Source: an uncultured Planctomycetaceae bacterium | Lineage (GTDB): Bacteria; Planctomycetota; Phycisphaerae; SM23-33 | Direction of reading: 5' to 3' | NCBI GenBank assembly: GCA_964616985.1 | Contig: CAZTVF010000004.1 | Span: 1,128-65,127, forward strand | DNA: 64,000 nucleotides | Shown: one piece after another, positions 48,496 to 58,453 of the stretch | Numbering within the stretch: the first letter of the stretch is position 1 | How the letters are laid out: each line of letters opens with the position of its first letter | Program-made: the position numbers and the translations under genes | Notes under the pieces: generated by a model | Told to the model about the DNA's origin: nothing | The model's input: only the letters and a program-made list of their open reading frames with translations | Databases searched by the model: none

Positions 48496-50976
48496 ATGCC
48501 CGCACACGACCCGATCGCCGTGACGCAAGATGAGATGGCCGAGAGCCGGACCTGGTTCGCCGCAAAGTTCCTGGGCGAGCATCAGAAGACCCAGCACCCC
48601 CCGCACCTGGTGGTGCTGGCGAACCAGTGGGGGCCGATCAAGCAGAACATCAGCGCCGTCGGCAGGCCGCTCAACATCGCCGGCGTTGAGTACGCCCGCG
48701 GCCTCAACTGCCATGCCGTCTCCCGCGTACTGGTGCGCCTCGACGCGCCGGCGAAGGCGTTCGTCGCCGCCGTCGGCGTCGACAGCAACACCCAGTGGAC
48801 CATCCCCGGCAAGGGCAACATCGATTTCTCCGTCCTCGTCGGCGGCAAGGAGCTCTACCGCAGCCAACTCCTGCACGAGGGCGATGCGGCCGTGCCCGTA
48901 AACGTGCCGCTCAACGGGGCCCGCGATTTCATCCTCCAGGTCACCGACGGCGGCAAAGGACTTGATTACGGTCAGGCCGACTGGGCCGACGCATGCGTCA
49001 TCATGGCCGACGGCCGCCAGCTGTGGCTGGGAGACATCGCCTACCCGGGCGACTATCTCAAGGGCGCCCACGAGACGGCCTGCCCCTTCTCATTCGTCTA
49101 CGGCGGAAGGCATTCGCGCGACCTGCTGAACGCCTGGCCGCTGCAGCGCCGCCAGCGCGCGCTCGACGCCGAGCGCACCGAACACACGCTGGTCTGGACC
49201 GACCCCGCCACCGGCCTGGAGGTCCGCTGCGTCGCCGTGCAGTACCACGACTTCCCGACGGCGGAGTGGACGGTCTACTTCAAGAACACCGCGGCGGCTG
49301 ACACGCCGATCCTGCAGGACATCCGCGCGATCGACATGAGCCTGCAGCGCGAGCCCGGCGGCGAGTTCCTGCTGCACCACGCAGTGGGCTCGCCCAGTTC
49401 GGCCAGCGATTACTCGCCGCTGCAGACGCCGCTGCCCCGGGCGGCGACGAAGCGCATCACCACCTCGGGCGGCCGCGGCAGCAACAGCGACTGGCCCTAC
49501 TTCAACCTCGAGGCTGGCAGCGAGGGCACGATCGTCGTCGTCGGCTGGCCCGGGCAGTGGGCGGCCGATTTTACCCGCGACGAGGCCAACGGCATCACCA
49601 TCCAAGCCGGGCAGCAGACCACGCACTTCACGCTGCGCCCCGGCGAGCAGGTCCGCACGCCGCTGATGGCCGTGCAGTTCTACAAGGCCGGCGGCTGGAT
49701 CCGGGCGCAGAACATCTGGCGGCGGTGGATGATCGCTCACAACCTGCCCCGACCCGGGGGCAAGCTGCCCGAGCCGATGCAGCTGGCCTACACCGGCCGC
49801 TTCTACGAGGAGATGGCCAAGGCCACCGAAGAGAACCAGTTCATGTGCTTCGAGCGCTACCAGCAGGAGCGCCTCCCCATTGACGGCTGGTGGATCGACG
49901 CGGGCTGGTACCCCAATCCCGGCACGTGGATGACCGTCGGCACGTGGGAGGTCGACAAGACCCGCTTCCCGCGCGGCCTGCGGGCCATCAGCGACCTGAC
50001 CCGCAAGCATGGCATGAAGATGAAGATCGTGACGTGGTTCGAGCCCGAACGCGTCAGCGAAGGCTCGTGGCTGGGCGTGAACCATCCCCAATGGGTGCTG
50101 GGCGGCAAGAGCGGCCTGCTGGACCTGGGCAACCCCGAGGCGTGGAACTGGCTGGTCAACCACGTCGATCGCATGATCGCCGAGCAGGGCATCGGCGTCT
50201 ACCGCCAGGATTTCAACATGGAGCCACTGCCCTTCTGGCAGAAGAACGACGCGCCCAACCGCGCGGGCATCACCGAGAACAAGCACGTGTGCGGTTACCT
50301 GGCATTCTGGGATGAGATCCGCCGCCGCCACCCCGACGTGCTGATTGATTCGTGCGCTTCCGGTGGCCGCCGAAACGACCTGGAGTCGATGCGGCGGGCC
50401 GTGCCCCTGTGGCGCAGCGACTTTGTCTACGCCCCCACCGCCACGCAAAGCCAGACGTACGGCATCTCGCTGTGGCTGCCCTACTACGGCACGGGCACCG
50501 TGGCCGCCTGCGAGGTGCCCTACCTCGGCAGCGGCTGGACCCCCGTGGAGCCCTACGCCTTCTGGAGCAACATCGCGCCCAGCACTGTCTTCACCGGCGA
50601 CATCCGTGAGAAGCTCGACTACGACCTGCTGCGGAAGCTCTTCGCCCAGCGGCGGCAGATCAGCGAGTGCTACTACGGCGACTTCTACCCCCTGACGCCC
50701 TGCACGCTGGACAATGAACTGTGGATCGGCTGGCAGTTCAACCGCCCCGACGCCGGCGACGGCATGGTGCAATGCTTCCGCCGCCCGGCCAGTGCGTACA
50801 TCGCCGCCCAGCTGGCACTGAAGGGCCTCGACGCCGACGCCACCTACCGCATCACCGACATGACGGCCGACACGACGGTCGAGAAGACCGGCCGCGAGTT
50901 GATGGCGTCCGGCTGGACCTTCACGCTCCCCTCCGCCCCCGCCGCCGCCGTGCTGCACTACCAGAAGATGACATAG
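48496..50976 (+). CDS. Clan GH-D alpha-galactosidase-like enzyme (GH36-like) with an N-terminal NPCBM-like carbohydrate-binding module
   Basis: An N-terminal NPCBM-like region is followed by a catalytic core with WWIDAGWY and CASGGRRND, which is a GH36 CxSGGGR-like motif. Confidence 0.65.
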   Translation: MPAHDPIAVTQDEMAESRTWFAAKFLGEHQKTQHPPHLVVLANQWGPIKQNISAVGRPLNIAGVEYARGLNCHAVSRVLVRLDAPAKAFVAAVGVDSNTQWTIPGKGNIDFSVLVGGKELYRSQLLHEGDAAVPVNVPLNGARDFILQVTDGGKGLDYGQADWADACVIMADGRQLWLGDIAYPGDYLKGAHETACPFSFVYGGRHSRDLLNAWPLQRRQRALDAERTEHTLVWTDPATGLEVRCVAVQYHDFPTAEWTVYFKNTAAADTPILQDIRAIDMSLQREPGGEFLLHHAVGSPSSASDYSPLQTPLPRAATKRITTSGGRGSNSDWPYFNLEAGSEGTIVVVGWPGQWAADFTRDEANGITIQAGQQTTHFTLRPGEQVRTPLMAVQFYKAGGWIRAQNIWRRWMIAHNLPRPGGKLPEPMQLAYTGRFYEEMAKATEENQFMCFERYQQERLPIDGWWIDAGWYPNPGTWMTVGTWEVDKTRFPRGLRAISDLTRKHGMKMKIVTWFEPERVSEGSWLGVNHPQWVLGGKSGLLDLGNPEAWNWLVNHVDRMIAEQGIGVYRQDFNMEPLPFWQKNDAPNRAGITENKHVCGYLAFWDEIRRRHPDVLIDSCASGGRRNDLESMRRAVPLWRSDFVYAPTATQSQTYGISLWLPYYGTGTVAACEVPYLGSGWTPVEPYAFWSNIAPSTVFTGDIREKLDYDLLRKLFAQRRQISECYYGDFYPLTPCTLDNELWIGWQFNRPDAGDGMVQCFRRPASAYIAAQLALKGLDADATYRITDMTADTTVEKTGRELMASGWTFTLPSAPAAAVLHYQKMT

Positions 50977-51105
50977 CCGGGCCAGAATGCCTTTTACTAA
51001 ACGCAACCAGTATTGCTTTTGGTAATACCACAGTCCAATGATGCATGAGTGCTGCGGGCGCGAGTGACGGAAAGAGATTCTCTCAAGTTTGCGCTGGCAG
51101 GCACC

Positions 51106-51130
51106 CGAACATATTACTAACATGTGTTCG
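51106..51130. promoter_or_regulatory. Candidate SOS-type operator ~128 nt upstream of recN, cGAACAtattactaacatgTGTTCg
   Basis: It has 6-bp perfect inverted arms GAACA/TGTTC, which resemble GAAC/GTTC-type LexA half-sites, in an AT-enriched leader. Confidence 0.35.
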
Positions 51131-51257
51131 TCCGCGAATCCCGCCTGCCGCGGCTGATGGTGCAGCCGCGGAGTGTGGAAGTGGGCCGACGGATCTTTGT
51201 CGGTGAGGCGGCGGCCGGGAAGGCCGCCCCTGGCAGTCCGACGAAGAGGAGCTTGCG

Positions 51258-53045
51258 ATGCTGAGAGAACTGCACATCTCGAACCTGGCGATCATCGAGA
51301 AAGTGGACATCGAACTGGCCGCCGGACTGAACGTGTTCACCGGCCAGACCGGCGCGGGCAAGAGCCTGATCCTGGGCGCGCTGGAACTGCTGCTGGGCCT
51401 GCGGGGCGGCGGCGAGGAGGCGGCGACGTTCGTCCGCCCCGGCAGCGCCGAGGCCCGCGTCAGCGGCCTGTTCGAGGTCAGCCCGCGGACGGCCCAGCGG
51501 GTGGGAGAGATCGTCGACCAGCCGCTCTCGCCGGGCGAGCCGATCCTCATCACCCGCCGCGTCTCAGCCGCCGGCCGATCCAGCGTGAGCGTCAACGGCT
51601 CACCCGTGACGGCGGCGATGCTGCGCGAGGCGGGCCAGCTGCTGGTGGACATTCACGGCCAGCACGACCAGCAGTTCCTCCTCAAGCCCGCCAACCAGAT
51701 GCAGATCCTGGACGCCTTTGCCGATGCCGGCGACGCCCGCGAGCGTTTTGCCGACATCCTTCGCCAGCTGCGCCAGCGCCAGCAGCGCCTCGCCGACCTG
51801 CGCGAGTCCGAATCGCGCCGCCTGTCCGAGTTGGACCTCTACCGCTTCCAGATCGATGAGATCGACAAGGCCGAGCTGCAGGCGGGCGAATATGAAACCA
51901 TCAAGGCGCGGTACAGCGTTCTGAAGAACGCCGCGCAGCTCAAGGCCCAGTCGTCGCAGGTGCTGGAGGGCTTGTCCGAGGGCGAGGACACGCTGCTGGA
52001 TCGCGTGGCGACGCTGCAGCGCGGCGTGCAGGAACTGCTGCGGATGGACGCGACGCTGGCGGGCCTGTCGGGGCAGTTTGAGCAGGCGGCCGAGACGCTG
52101 CACGACGCGGCGCGCGACCTGTCGCGATATCAGGACGCGCTGGACATCGACCCGTCGGAACTTGCCGCGGTGGAAGAGCGACTCGACGTGCTCAACCGCG
52201 TGATCCACAAGTACGCCAGGACCGCCCCCGCCGGAAGCGATGCGGTCGATGCGGTGCTCGCCTATCGCCGCACCATCGGCCTGAAGGTCGAGGCGCTGGA
52301 GGCCGACGCGCAGGCCCTGGGCGATCTCGACCGGCAGATCGCGACCTCGCTGGCGGAGCTCGCCGCCGCGGGCGAACTGCTCACGCGTCTGCGCCGCTCC
52401 GCCGGCCGCAGGCTCAAGTCGCTCGTCGAGAGCCAGTTCCGCGACCTGGAGATGCATGAGGCCACGTTCGAGGTGCACCTGCAGACCCGCGGCCCCAACG
52501 ACCCCGCCATCGATTTGTCGGGCCTGGACGAGATGGACTTCATGGTCCGCACCAACCCCGGACAGGAACTGCTGCCGCTGCGGAAGATCGCCTCCGGCGG
52601 CGAGATGTCCCGCATCATGCTCGCGCTGAAGACGATCCTGGCCGACAAGGACCAGGTCAGCGTGCTGGTGTTCGACGAGATCGACGCGAACATCGGCGAC
52701 CGCCTCGGCGCGACGATCGGCCGCAAGATGCGGGCCCTGGCCAATGGCGAACGCGTGGGAAAGAAGCCCGCCGCCCCCGCCGCCCCCGCGGCCCAGCCGC
52801 ACCAGATCATCTGCATCACCCACCTGTCACAGATCGCCGCGTGCGGCGACCACCACCTGCAGATCTCCAAGGAAGTCGTCACCCGCGGCGGCCAGCGGCA
52901 GACCCTCGCCGCGGTCCGCGTGCTGGAGGGAGAAGACCGCGTTTCCGAGCTTGCGGCCATGATGGCCGGGGCCAACGCCACGGCCGCCACGCTCACCCAC
53001 GCGCGAACATTGCTCACTCGCCCCGCCCGCAGCTTGGCGAGTTGA
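51258..53045 (+). CDS. recN: DNA repair protein RecN
   Basis: An N-terminal Walker A (FTGQTGAGKSLI), a coiled-coil middle and a C-terminal signature/Walker B (ASGGEMSRIMLAL…LVFDEIDANIG) are present. Confidence 0.9.
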   Translation: MLRELHISNLAIIEKVDIELAAGLNVFTGQTGAGKSLILGALELLLGLRGGGEEAATFVRPGSAEARVSGLFEVSPRTAQRVGEIVDQPLSPGEPILITRRVSAAGRSSVSVNGSPVTAAMLREAGQLLVDIHGQHDQQFLLKPANQMQILDAFADAGDARERFADILRQLRQRQQRLADLRESESRRLSELDLYRFQIDEIDKAELQAGEYETIKARYSVLKNAAQLKAQSSQVLEGLSEGEDTLLDRVATLQRGVQELLRMDATLAGLSGQFEQAAETLHDAARDLSRYQDALDIDPSELAAVEERLDVLNRVIHKYARTAPAGSDAVDAVLAYRRTIGLKVEALEADAQALGDLDRQIATSLAELAAAGELLTRLRRSAGRRLKSLVESQFRDLEMHEATFEVHLQTRGPNDPAIDLSGLDEMDFMVRTNPGQELLPLRKIASGGEMSRIMLALKTILADKDQVSVLVFDEIDANIGDRLGATIGRKMRALANGERVGKKPAAPAAPAAQPHQIICITHLSQIAACGDHHLQISKEVVTRGGQRQTLAAVRVLEGEDRVSELAAMMAGANATAATLTHARTLLTRPARSLAS

Positions 53046-53054
53046 TGCGGAGCA

Positions 53055-53549
53055 TTACTCCTTCGCCTCCCGCAGTTCGCGGTTTAGGATGGTGACGTGG
53101 TTCATTTCCTCGCGAAGGATGGCATCGACGCGCTCGCGGCCGCTGGCCTGCGAGACGAAGTCCCTCATGCCGACATAAAAGACGATGGATTCCTTCTCCA
53201 GGGCGATGGCCGTCTGGAGGATGCCGCGGTAGGTGGGATTGGGGCCGATTCGCTCCACCGGGTCCTGCGGCGGGCCGAACACCTGCGCGTCGGCCAGCGA
53301 TTGAAGGTAGAGGGCGGCCTCGCCGCTGGGGTCGAAAATATCGGCGTCCTTCTGTTCCTTGGCGAGCGTCTGCCGCATCTCGGCGAAGATTCGCTCGTGC
53401 ACCTGCTCCCAGCGAGCGAGGTCGAGCAGGACCTCCTGGCTCTTGCCATGGGCGATCCGCCCCGCCGCCACCTGGTAGAACCTCGCCCCGTTGGTCTCGA
53501 TGCCCTGGGCGATGGCAAGAATCTCATCCGCGCTGAAACGAATGGCCAT
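53055..53549 (-). CDS. Rubrerythrin/ferritin-like domain protein
   Basis: Four-helix-bundle E…E…H-type motifs are present (ETNGARFYQ, EQVHERIFAEM, ALEKESIVFY, EEMNHV). The start was taken at the internal Met. Confidence 0.6.
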   Translation of the reverse strand: MAIRFSADEILAIAQGIETNGARFYQVAAGRIAHGKSQEVLLDLARWEQVHERIFAEMRQTLAKEQKDADIFDPSGEAALYLQSLADAQVFGPPQDPVERIGPNPTYRGILQTAIALEKESIVFYVGMRDFVSQASGRERVDAILREEMNHVTILNRELREAKE

Positions 53550-53780
53550 GGTCTGTCGTCCTTTATATAGAACCGCATGAATTATAACCCCCGACCCCGC
53601 GCGATCCGAAGGCATTCCATGAGACATCAATCAGCGGGGTCATCAGTCGACGGGTGGCGGCCTTTCTGCCTCCGGCAGGCAAGCCCTGGCCGTCCCCTTC
53701 AGTCACAGCCAACGAGCACCAGATCACGAGCAGTCGGTCGCTACTGTACCGAGCACTGTTTCGATTGGCTCTGCTACTGC

Positions 53781-53896
53781 GTCCCGTAGGGACGACTGAA
53801 CGGCTTCAATCGTCCCTACGGGACTCCAATGCACCGGACGCCTCTGTGACCAAGCACTGAAGTGCTAGGCTGTCTTCTGTGCGGTCCCTACGGGAC
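53781..53896. promoter_or_regulatory. Array of three 13-bp palindromes GTCCC-N3-GGGAC (53781-93, 53812-24, 53884-96) plus the palindrome agcactgaagtgct (53853-66), upstream of the rubrerythrin-like gene and downstream of DUF2461
   Basis: The motifs are seen exactly: gtcccgtagggac, gtccctacgggac, gtccctacgggac. Confidence 0.6.
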
Positions 53897-53927
53897 CCAG
53901 AGGGCAGCATCAGCGCGTTCCCCTGCA

Positions 53928-54614
53928 TCAGAACGGCACGCCCAGTGCCTGGCAGAGGAACCGCATGAAGGGCGCGGTGGCGGCGAAGCTGTCGGCGACG
54001 CGGGCGACGAGATCGCGGCGGTACAGTTCGTCGGTGCCCATGTCGCGCAGCCCCAGCCACTCCTTGCGCTTGATGTCCACAATGAGCGGGTGGTCCGGGT
54101 CGTAGCCCCGCGGCGGCCGCTGGAGCGAGTCGCCCACGATCTGCCATTTCGCGCGAAAGGCCTTGTCGTCGCGGGCGGCCAGCCATTCGTCGCCCGATTT
54201 GGCAATCGCCTGGCGAACGCGTTCCATCGTGGGCCCATCCGGGCGCCAGATGCCCGCCCCCAGCCAGAATTCGCCCGGCTCGATGTGGATCCAGAAGCCC
54301 GGCGCGTGCGCGTCCTCGCCGCGCTCGTGGCGAAACTGAATGCCCACGTTCGTCTTGTACGGCAGCTTGCTGGGCGAGAAACGCGTGTCGCGGTAAGGCC
54401 GCATCATCGACCCCCCCACCTTGGAGTCGCTCACGAAGATGTGTTGCGAGATCTCTTCGATCTTCGGGGCGATCGCGCGGATGAACGCCAGGACCGGCTC
54501 GCGCACCTCGGCCTCGTATCGCGTGCGGTTGCGTTCGAACCACGCGCGATCGTTGTGCCTCTTGAGCTGCCCCAGGAAGCGTACCAGCGACTCGTCAAAC
54601 CCGGCGAATTTCAT
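53928..54614 (-). CDS. DUF2461 family protein
   Basis: The sequence FERNRTRYEAEVREP…FRHERGEDAHAPGFWIHIEPGE is typical of DUF2461. Confidence 0.7.
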   Translation of the reverse strand: MKFAGFDESLVRFLGQLKRHNDRAWFERNRTRYEAEVREPVLAFIRAIAPKIEEISQHIFVSDSKVGGSMMRPYRDTRFSPSKLPYKTNVGIQFRHERGEDAHAPGFWIHIEPGEFWLGAGIWRPDGPTMERVRQAIAKSGDEWLAARDDKAFRAKWQIVGDSLQRPPRGYDPDHPLIVDIKRKEWLGLRDMGTDELYRRDLVARVADSFAATAPFMRFLCQALGVPF

Positions 54615-54666
54615 CGCAGTCTCCATACGTCACTCTAGCGTCCCGCCGCCGGCGCGAGATGGCTCG

Positions 54667-56706
54667 TCAGGGCCCGATGCGGAGCGGGCGGCCCTGGGGG
54701 CCTTGGAGGGCGAAGGACGAAAGGTTGATGGCCATCAGCGCGAAGCCCGCCAGCAGTTCGCCCGCGACGGCGCCGATCATGAGCGGCTTGAGACGTTCGT
54801 ACCCGGCCGCCCCGCCCAGGCGGATGGCCAGGCTGCGGATGGCCCAGCCGACGAGGAAGGAAAAGCTCATGTGCCCGAAGGGCCACTCGCCCCAGCCCAG
54901 GAAGATGATGGGGTGGATCGGCCACCAGGTTACGCGGAACCGCAGCACGCTGCAGGTCAGCACCAAGGCCAGCCCCACGCCGGCGGCGACGAGAAACGTG
55001 CCGCTGGGCCGGGCCGCCGCCAGCCGCTCCAGCGGGCCCATCGCCTGCACCTGCGCCAGTTCGCCCGTGTTGCTCAAGGCGACGCTCGACCGCAGGCCCG
55101 CCTCCAGCGGGCGCTTGGCCACCTCGCGCGACCAGGGGTCCTCGGTCAGCCCGCGGTCGTAGTTGGCCCACATCACCACCGGCACAGCCACGGCCAAGGC
55201 CAGCAGGAACATCACGCCCGTCCATGCCGCCAGGCGCGGCGGGCGCACGCCTGCCTGCTCGCCCAGGCGCAGGCCGTTGACCACGAACGGCATCAGGGCC
55301 TCGGCGGGGTTGACCGCGAGCATGCTCACGATCAGCCCGCCCAGGATGATCGGCCCGGGCCCCAGCGTATCGCGGCCGTAGAGGCCGATGACCACGGCGG
55401 TGGGCAGCCAGCCGGCAAAGACCCAGAAGGCGCCCGCCTCGGCCACCATGCGCGAGACGACCACGAACAGCAGCACCAGCAGCAGCACCGACAGCACCGC
55501 CACCGGCCACTCCAGCCCCAGCGTCACCATCGCCGTGGTCAACGCCGCCAGCAGCACCAGGGCCAGCCTGGCCGCCCAGACGGCGTATGCCGGCACGCTG
55601 GTGGCGTTGCGGCGGCCGCCGAGGCCCACGAGGCGGACGAGCACCTCGCTGTAATACCGCCGGCCGGTGTACAGGATCACCAGCCCCACGCCCAGGTACG
55701 CGCCGAAATACTGCCAGCCGCGGATGCGGCCCTCGATGAAGTCGTAGCTGATCTCGCCGCCGGCCCCCAGGTACGCCATGCCCACCAGGATGTACAGCCA
55801 GTGCGAGATGCCCAGGCTGAAGCTGACGTCGGGGGGCACGAAGTACGCGACGCCGATGATGCAGAAGTACATCGTGGGCAGGATCAGGATCCACCAGCAG
55901 TGCGAGAGCATCGCCGCCTCGGGCAAGAGGCGCGGGCTCATGGCCCGCAGGTTGAACTGCAGCGGGATCTCCGGCAGGAACGAGTACCGCGTCGCGAAGG
56001 CGTTGAGGAGGTGGATCGTCAGCACCGCGATCAGCCCTGCCCAGAAGAGACGGCGGCCGAGGATCCGCCCGCGCCCGGTGGCGGGGTCGGCGGCCATCAC
56101 CTCCAGGGCGATGGCGGCCAGCGGGTACTTGAGGCCCTCGTGCACGGACCACTGGCGGTGAAGGACGACGGCCAGGCACACCAGCGCCCCGCCCAGCAGG
56201 ACGATCAATCCCAGCCAGTTCGTCAGCGAATTCGCCCACGCGTCCCACGGCAGGGCCGACAGCGCGGTGGGCTTTCCCGGCCCGCCCAGCCCGCCCACCA
56301 GCGGGTCGATGACGCGGCGCGAGTCCTGCAGATCGGGCGTGAGCCCCGGCGGGATGTACTGCAGCAGGTCGTGCTCGTGCATGGGCGGCTGGGTGCGGTC
56401 GTAGATGGCGGGCATGGCCTGGATGACGGCGAAGTACCGCATGCCGCTGAGGCCCGGCACGCTGCAGGCGGCCAAGGCGATCGCCATCGCCGTGGCCAGT
56501 TCGGCCGGACGCATCACCCACGACCGCCGCAGCCGCCGCAACAGGGGGTTGACGCCCAGGCAGACCAGGATCAGCAGCCCGTAGACGCTGGTGGGAAAGT
56601 AGTTACCCACCAGCGTGCCCAGGGCCAGCGTCGTGTTGACGATGTAGCCGAAGGCCGCGATGCACAGCCCGATCAGCAGTCCGCAGATGATGGCTCGAAC
56701 GGTCAT
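54667..56706 (-). CDS. Large polytopic integral membrane protein of unknown function
   Basis: It is ~680 aa with more than 14 hydrophobic segments. The start was set at MTVRAIICGLL, and the R/G-rich upstream extension was rejected. Confidence 0.55.
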   Translation of the reverse strand: MTVRAIICGLLIGLCIAAFGYIVNTTLALGTLVGNYFPTSVYGLLILVCLGVNPLLRRLRRSWVMRPAELATAMAIALAACSVPGLSGMRYFAVIQAMPAIYDRTQPPMHEHDLLQYIPPGLTPDLQDSRRVIDPLVGGLGGPGKPTALSALPWDAWANSLTNWLGLIVLLGGALVCLAVVLHRQWSVHEGLKYPLAAIALEVMAADPATGRGRILGRRLFWAGLIAVLTIHLLNAFATRYSFLPEIPLQFNLRAMSPRLLPEAAMLSHCWWILILPTMYFCIIGVAYFVPPDVSFSLGISHWLYILVGMAYLGAGGEISYDFIEGRIRGWQYFGAYLGVGLVILYTGRRYYSEVLVRLVGLGGRRNATSVPAYAVWAARLALVLLAALTTAMVTLGLEWPVAVLSVLLLVLLFVVVSRMVAEAGAFWVFAGWLPTAVVIGLYGRDTLGPGPIILGGLIVSMLAVNPAEALMPFVVNGLRLGEQAGVRPPRLAAWTGVMFLLALAVAVPVVMWANYDRGLTEDPWSREVAKRPLEAGLRSSVALSNTGELAQVQAMGPLERLAAARPSGTFLVAAGVGLALVLTCSVLRFRVTWWPIHPIIFLGWGEWPFGHMSFSFLVGWAIRSLAIRLGGAAGYERLKPLMIGAVAGELLAGFALMAINLSSFALQGPQGRPLRIGP

Positions 56707-56918
56707 GCCCGCTCCCGCCGGCGCCGAACGCCGAACTTGAGGGTAACGTCCGGGGCGTCTGAGCGGAAGCCAATCCGCAGGCGTTTGGACGAAACGCATC
56801 GCTCGGCGGCCGTCAGCGTGACTGTGCGTCCAACCGCGGAAATCGGTACTTCTACCGATTGAAGTTTCCCCGAATGATAATTGTATAGGGATACGTCTAT
56901 GGTATAATTCCCCCGTCT

Positions 56919-56978
56919 GTGCGGCCCCCCCCTCCGCATGGACATCCTCAAGCCCACGGCTCCCCCCTCCGTGGGCTT
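56919..56978. terminator. Two GC hairpins with C-rich loops (tgcgg-cccccccct-ccgca and aagcccacgg-ctcccccctc-ccgtgggctt), downstream of the 57015 minus-strand gene
   Basis: The dyads are seen directly. A terminator or regulatory role is an inference. Confidence 0.35.
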
Positions 56979-57014
56979 GCTTATTTCCCCTGCCGTTTGC
57001 TCGATCGCCCCCGG

Positions 57015-58376
57015 CTATGGCGCAGGCTCCTGGGGCGGGGCCTCGTCTTCGGCCGCGGGACAGCCCTCCAGCGCGGCGGCGATCTCGTTCTCGTACACGC
57101 CGCCGCCCAGGCAGGGGTGAAAGATCAGCCCCGTCTCCAGCACGCCATCGGTGTAGCGGGCAAAGGGCTCGCCGACGTCCATGCCCATCGCCAAGCGGAT
57201 CGTCTTGAGTTCGCCGCCCAACCGCTCGCGACGCGCCGCGTCCAGGCAGGCCAGGGCGATGCCGCCGTAGACGCGGCCCAGGCCCCACCGCCGCAGCACC
57301 GTGCCGGCGAAGGTGTAATCGGACACCTCGCTCCAGTCCGCTTCCAGGGCCACGGGGCGGCCCAGAAGGTCGCTGATTCGCCGCATGAACCGCGGCGCGA
57401 CGCGGTCGCGATACGAATCAAAATCGCACGGCTGGTCGTCGTTTCCCATCAGCCGCTTGCCTTCGAGGGCAGGGTCCATCTGCTCCGGCAGGCCCGCCAG
57501 CACGCCCGGCAGCAGGTTCGTCGTTTCGTCGTAGGTGAAGTAGCCGCTCTCGCTGCCGATATAGATGCGGTAGACCAGGTCGCTGCCGTCGAGGAAGAAG
57601 CCGCGGTTCTCGACATACTCCGTCGGCTCGATCCGCACCGCGTGCAGGCGGCCCGTCAGCGGCACGAACTGGTTGACCCACCCGAAGACCTCGCCCCAGG
57701 AAACGAGCTGCTGCTCCTCGAACCACTGGGCGAGGACGTCCGGCCGGTCGCCGTTCATCTGGGCCAGCAGTTCCTTCATCGCCACAAGCACGTCCACCGG
57801 CGAGCCGATGGCCTTCCAGATGGCGGCGGAGGTGGCGGGCAGCTTGGTCATCTCCAACTGCGGCAGCAGTTCCTCGTCGCCCGGCGTCAGCGGCACGTCA
57901 TCCCATCGGGGCGCCTCGCCCGCCGAGCCATCGCCGCCGAAGGCCTCGGTGAGTGCGTCGCCCATGGCCTCGCCGATGCCCTTCATCGCGTTGCCGACGG
58001 CCTCGGTCATGTCGGTGAGAACCTTGTCCAGTTCGCCGCCGGCGAACATGCGTTCGAGGCTGGCGTTGAGGTCGAGCTTCCACGCCCCGTCCTCCTGGAC
58101 GATGATGCAAGGCAGATTCATCATCGGCTCGGCGTCATCGGGCGCGCCCTGGGGCAGGATCTTCACCTGAACCAAGGCCGCCTCGCCTTCCATGCAGGAT
58201 TGGCCGAAGACGAACCGCGCCCCCTGCGGCGAGGCGTCGGGGTTGAACTTGCCGCTCTCCAGCGTCGAGCGCGACAGGCAGGCCCGCATGGCCGCCTCAT
58301 CCTTGCGTTCGCCGGCATCAAGAAACGCCTGGAGCACTTTCACCGCTTCGGCGGGCACGGCCATGGGCTCGGACAT
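57015..58376 (-). CDS. Hypothetical cytoplasmic protein with an NTF2/SnoaL-like N-terminus
   Basis: It is a 453-aa ORF with no signal peptide. The NTF2-like call is a weak pattern impression. Confidence 0.5.
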   Translation of the reverse strand: MSEPMAVPAEAVKVLQAFLDAGERKDEAAMRACLSRSTLESGKFNPDASPQGARFVFGQSCMEGEAALVQVKILPQGAPDDAEPMMNLPCIIVQEDGAWKLDLNASLERMFAGGELDKVLTDMTEAVGNAMKGIGEAMGDALTEAFGGDGSAGEAPRWDDVPLTPGDEELLPQLEMTKLPATSAAIWKAIGSPVDVLVAMKELLAQMNGDRPDVLAQWFEEQQLVSWGEVFGWVNQFVPLTGRLHAVRIEPTEYVENRGFFLDGSDLVYRIYIGSESGYFTYDETTNLLPGVLAGLPEQMDPALEGKRLMGNDDQPCDFDSYRDRVAPRFMRRISDLLGRPVALEADWSEVSDYTFAGTVLRRWGLGRVYGGIALACLDAARRERLGGELKTIRLAMGMDVGEPFARYTDGVLETGLIFHPCLGGGVYENEIAAALEGCPAAEDEAPPQEPAP

Positions 58377-58453
58377 CGGGTTCTCCTTGCGGAATGGCAG
58401 CTGGAATCCGCTCGCGCAGCGCGGGCGAGTGTCCCCGTTCCGGGGACGTTCCG

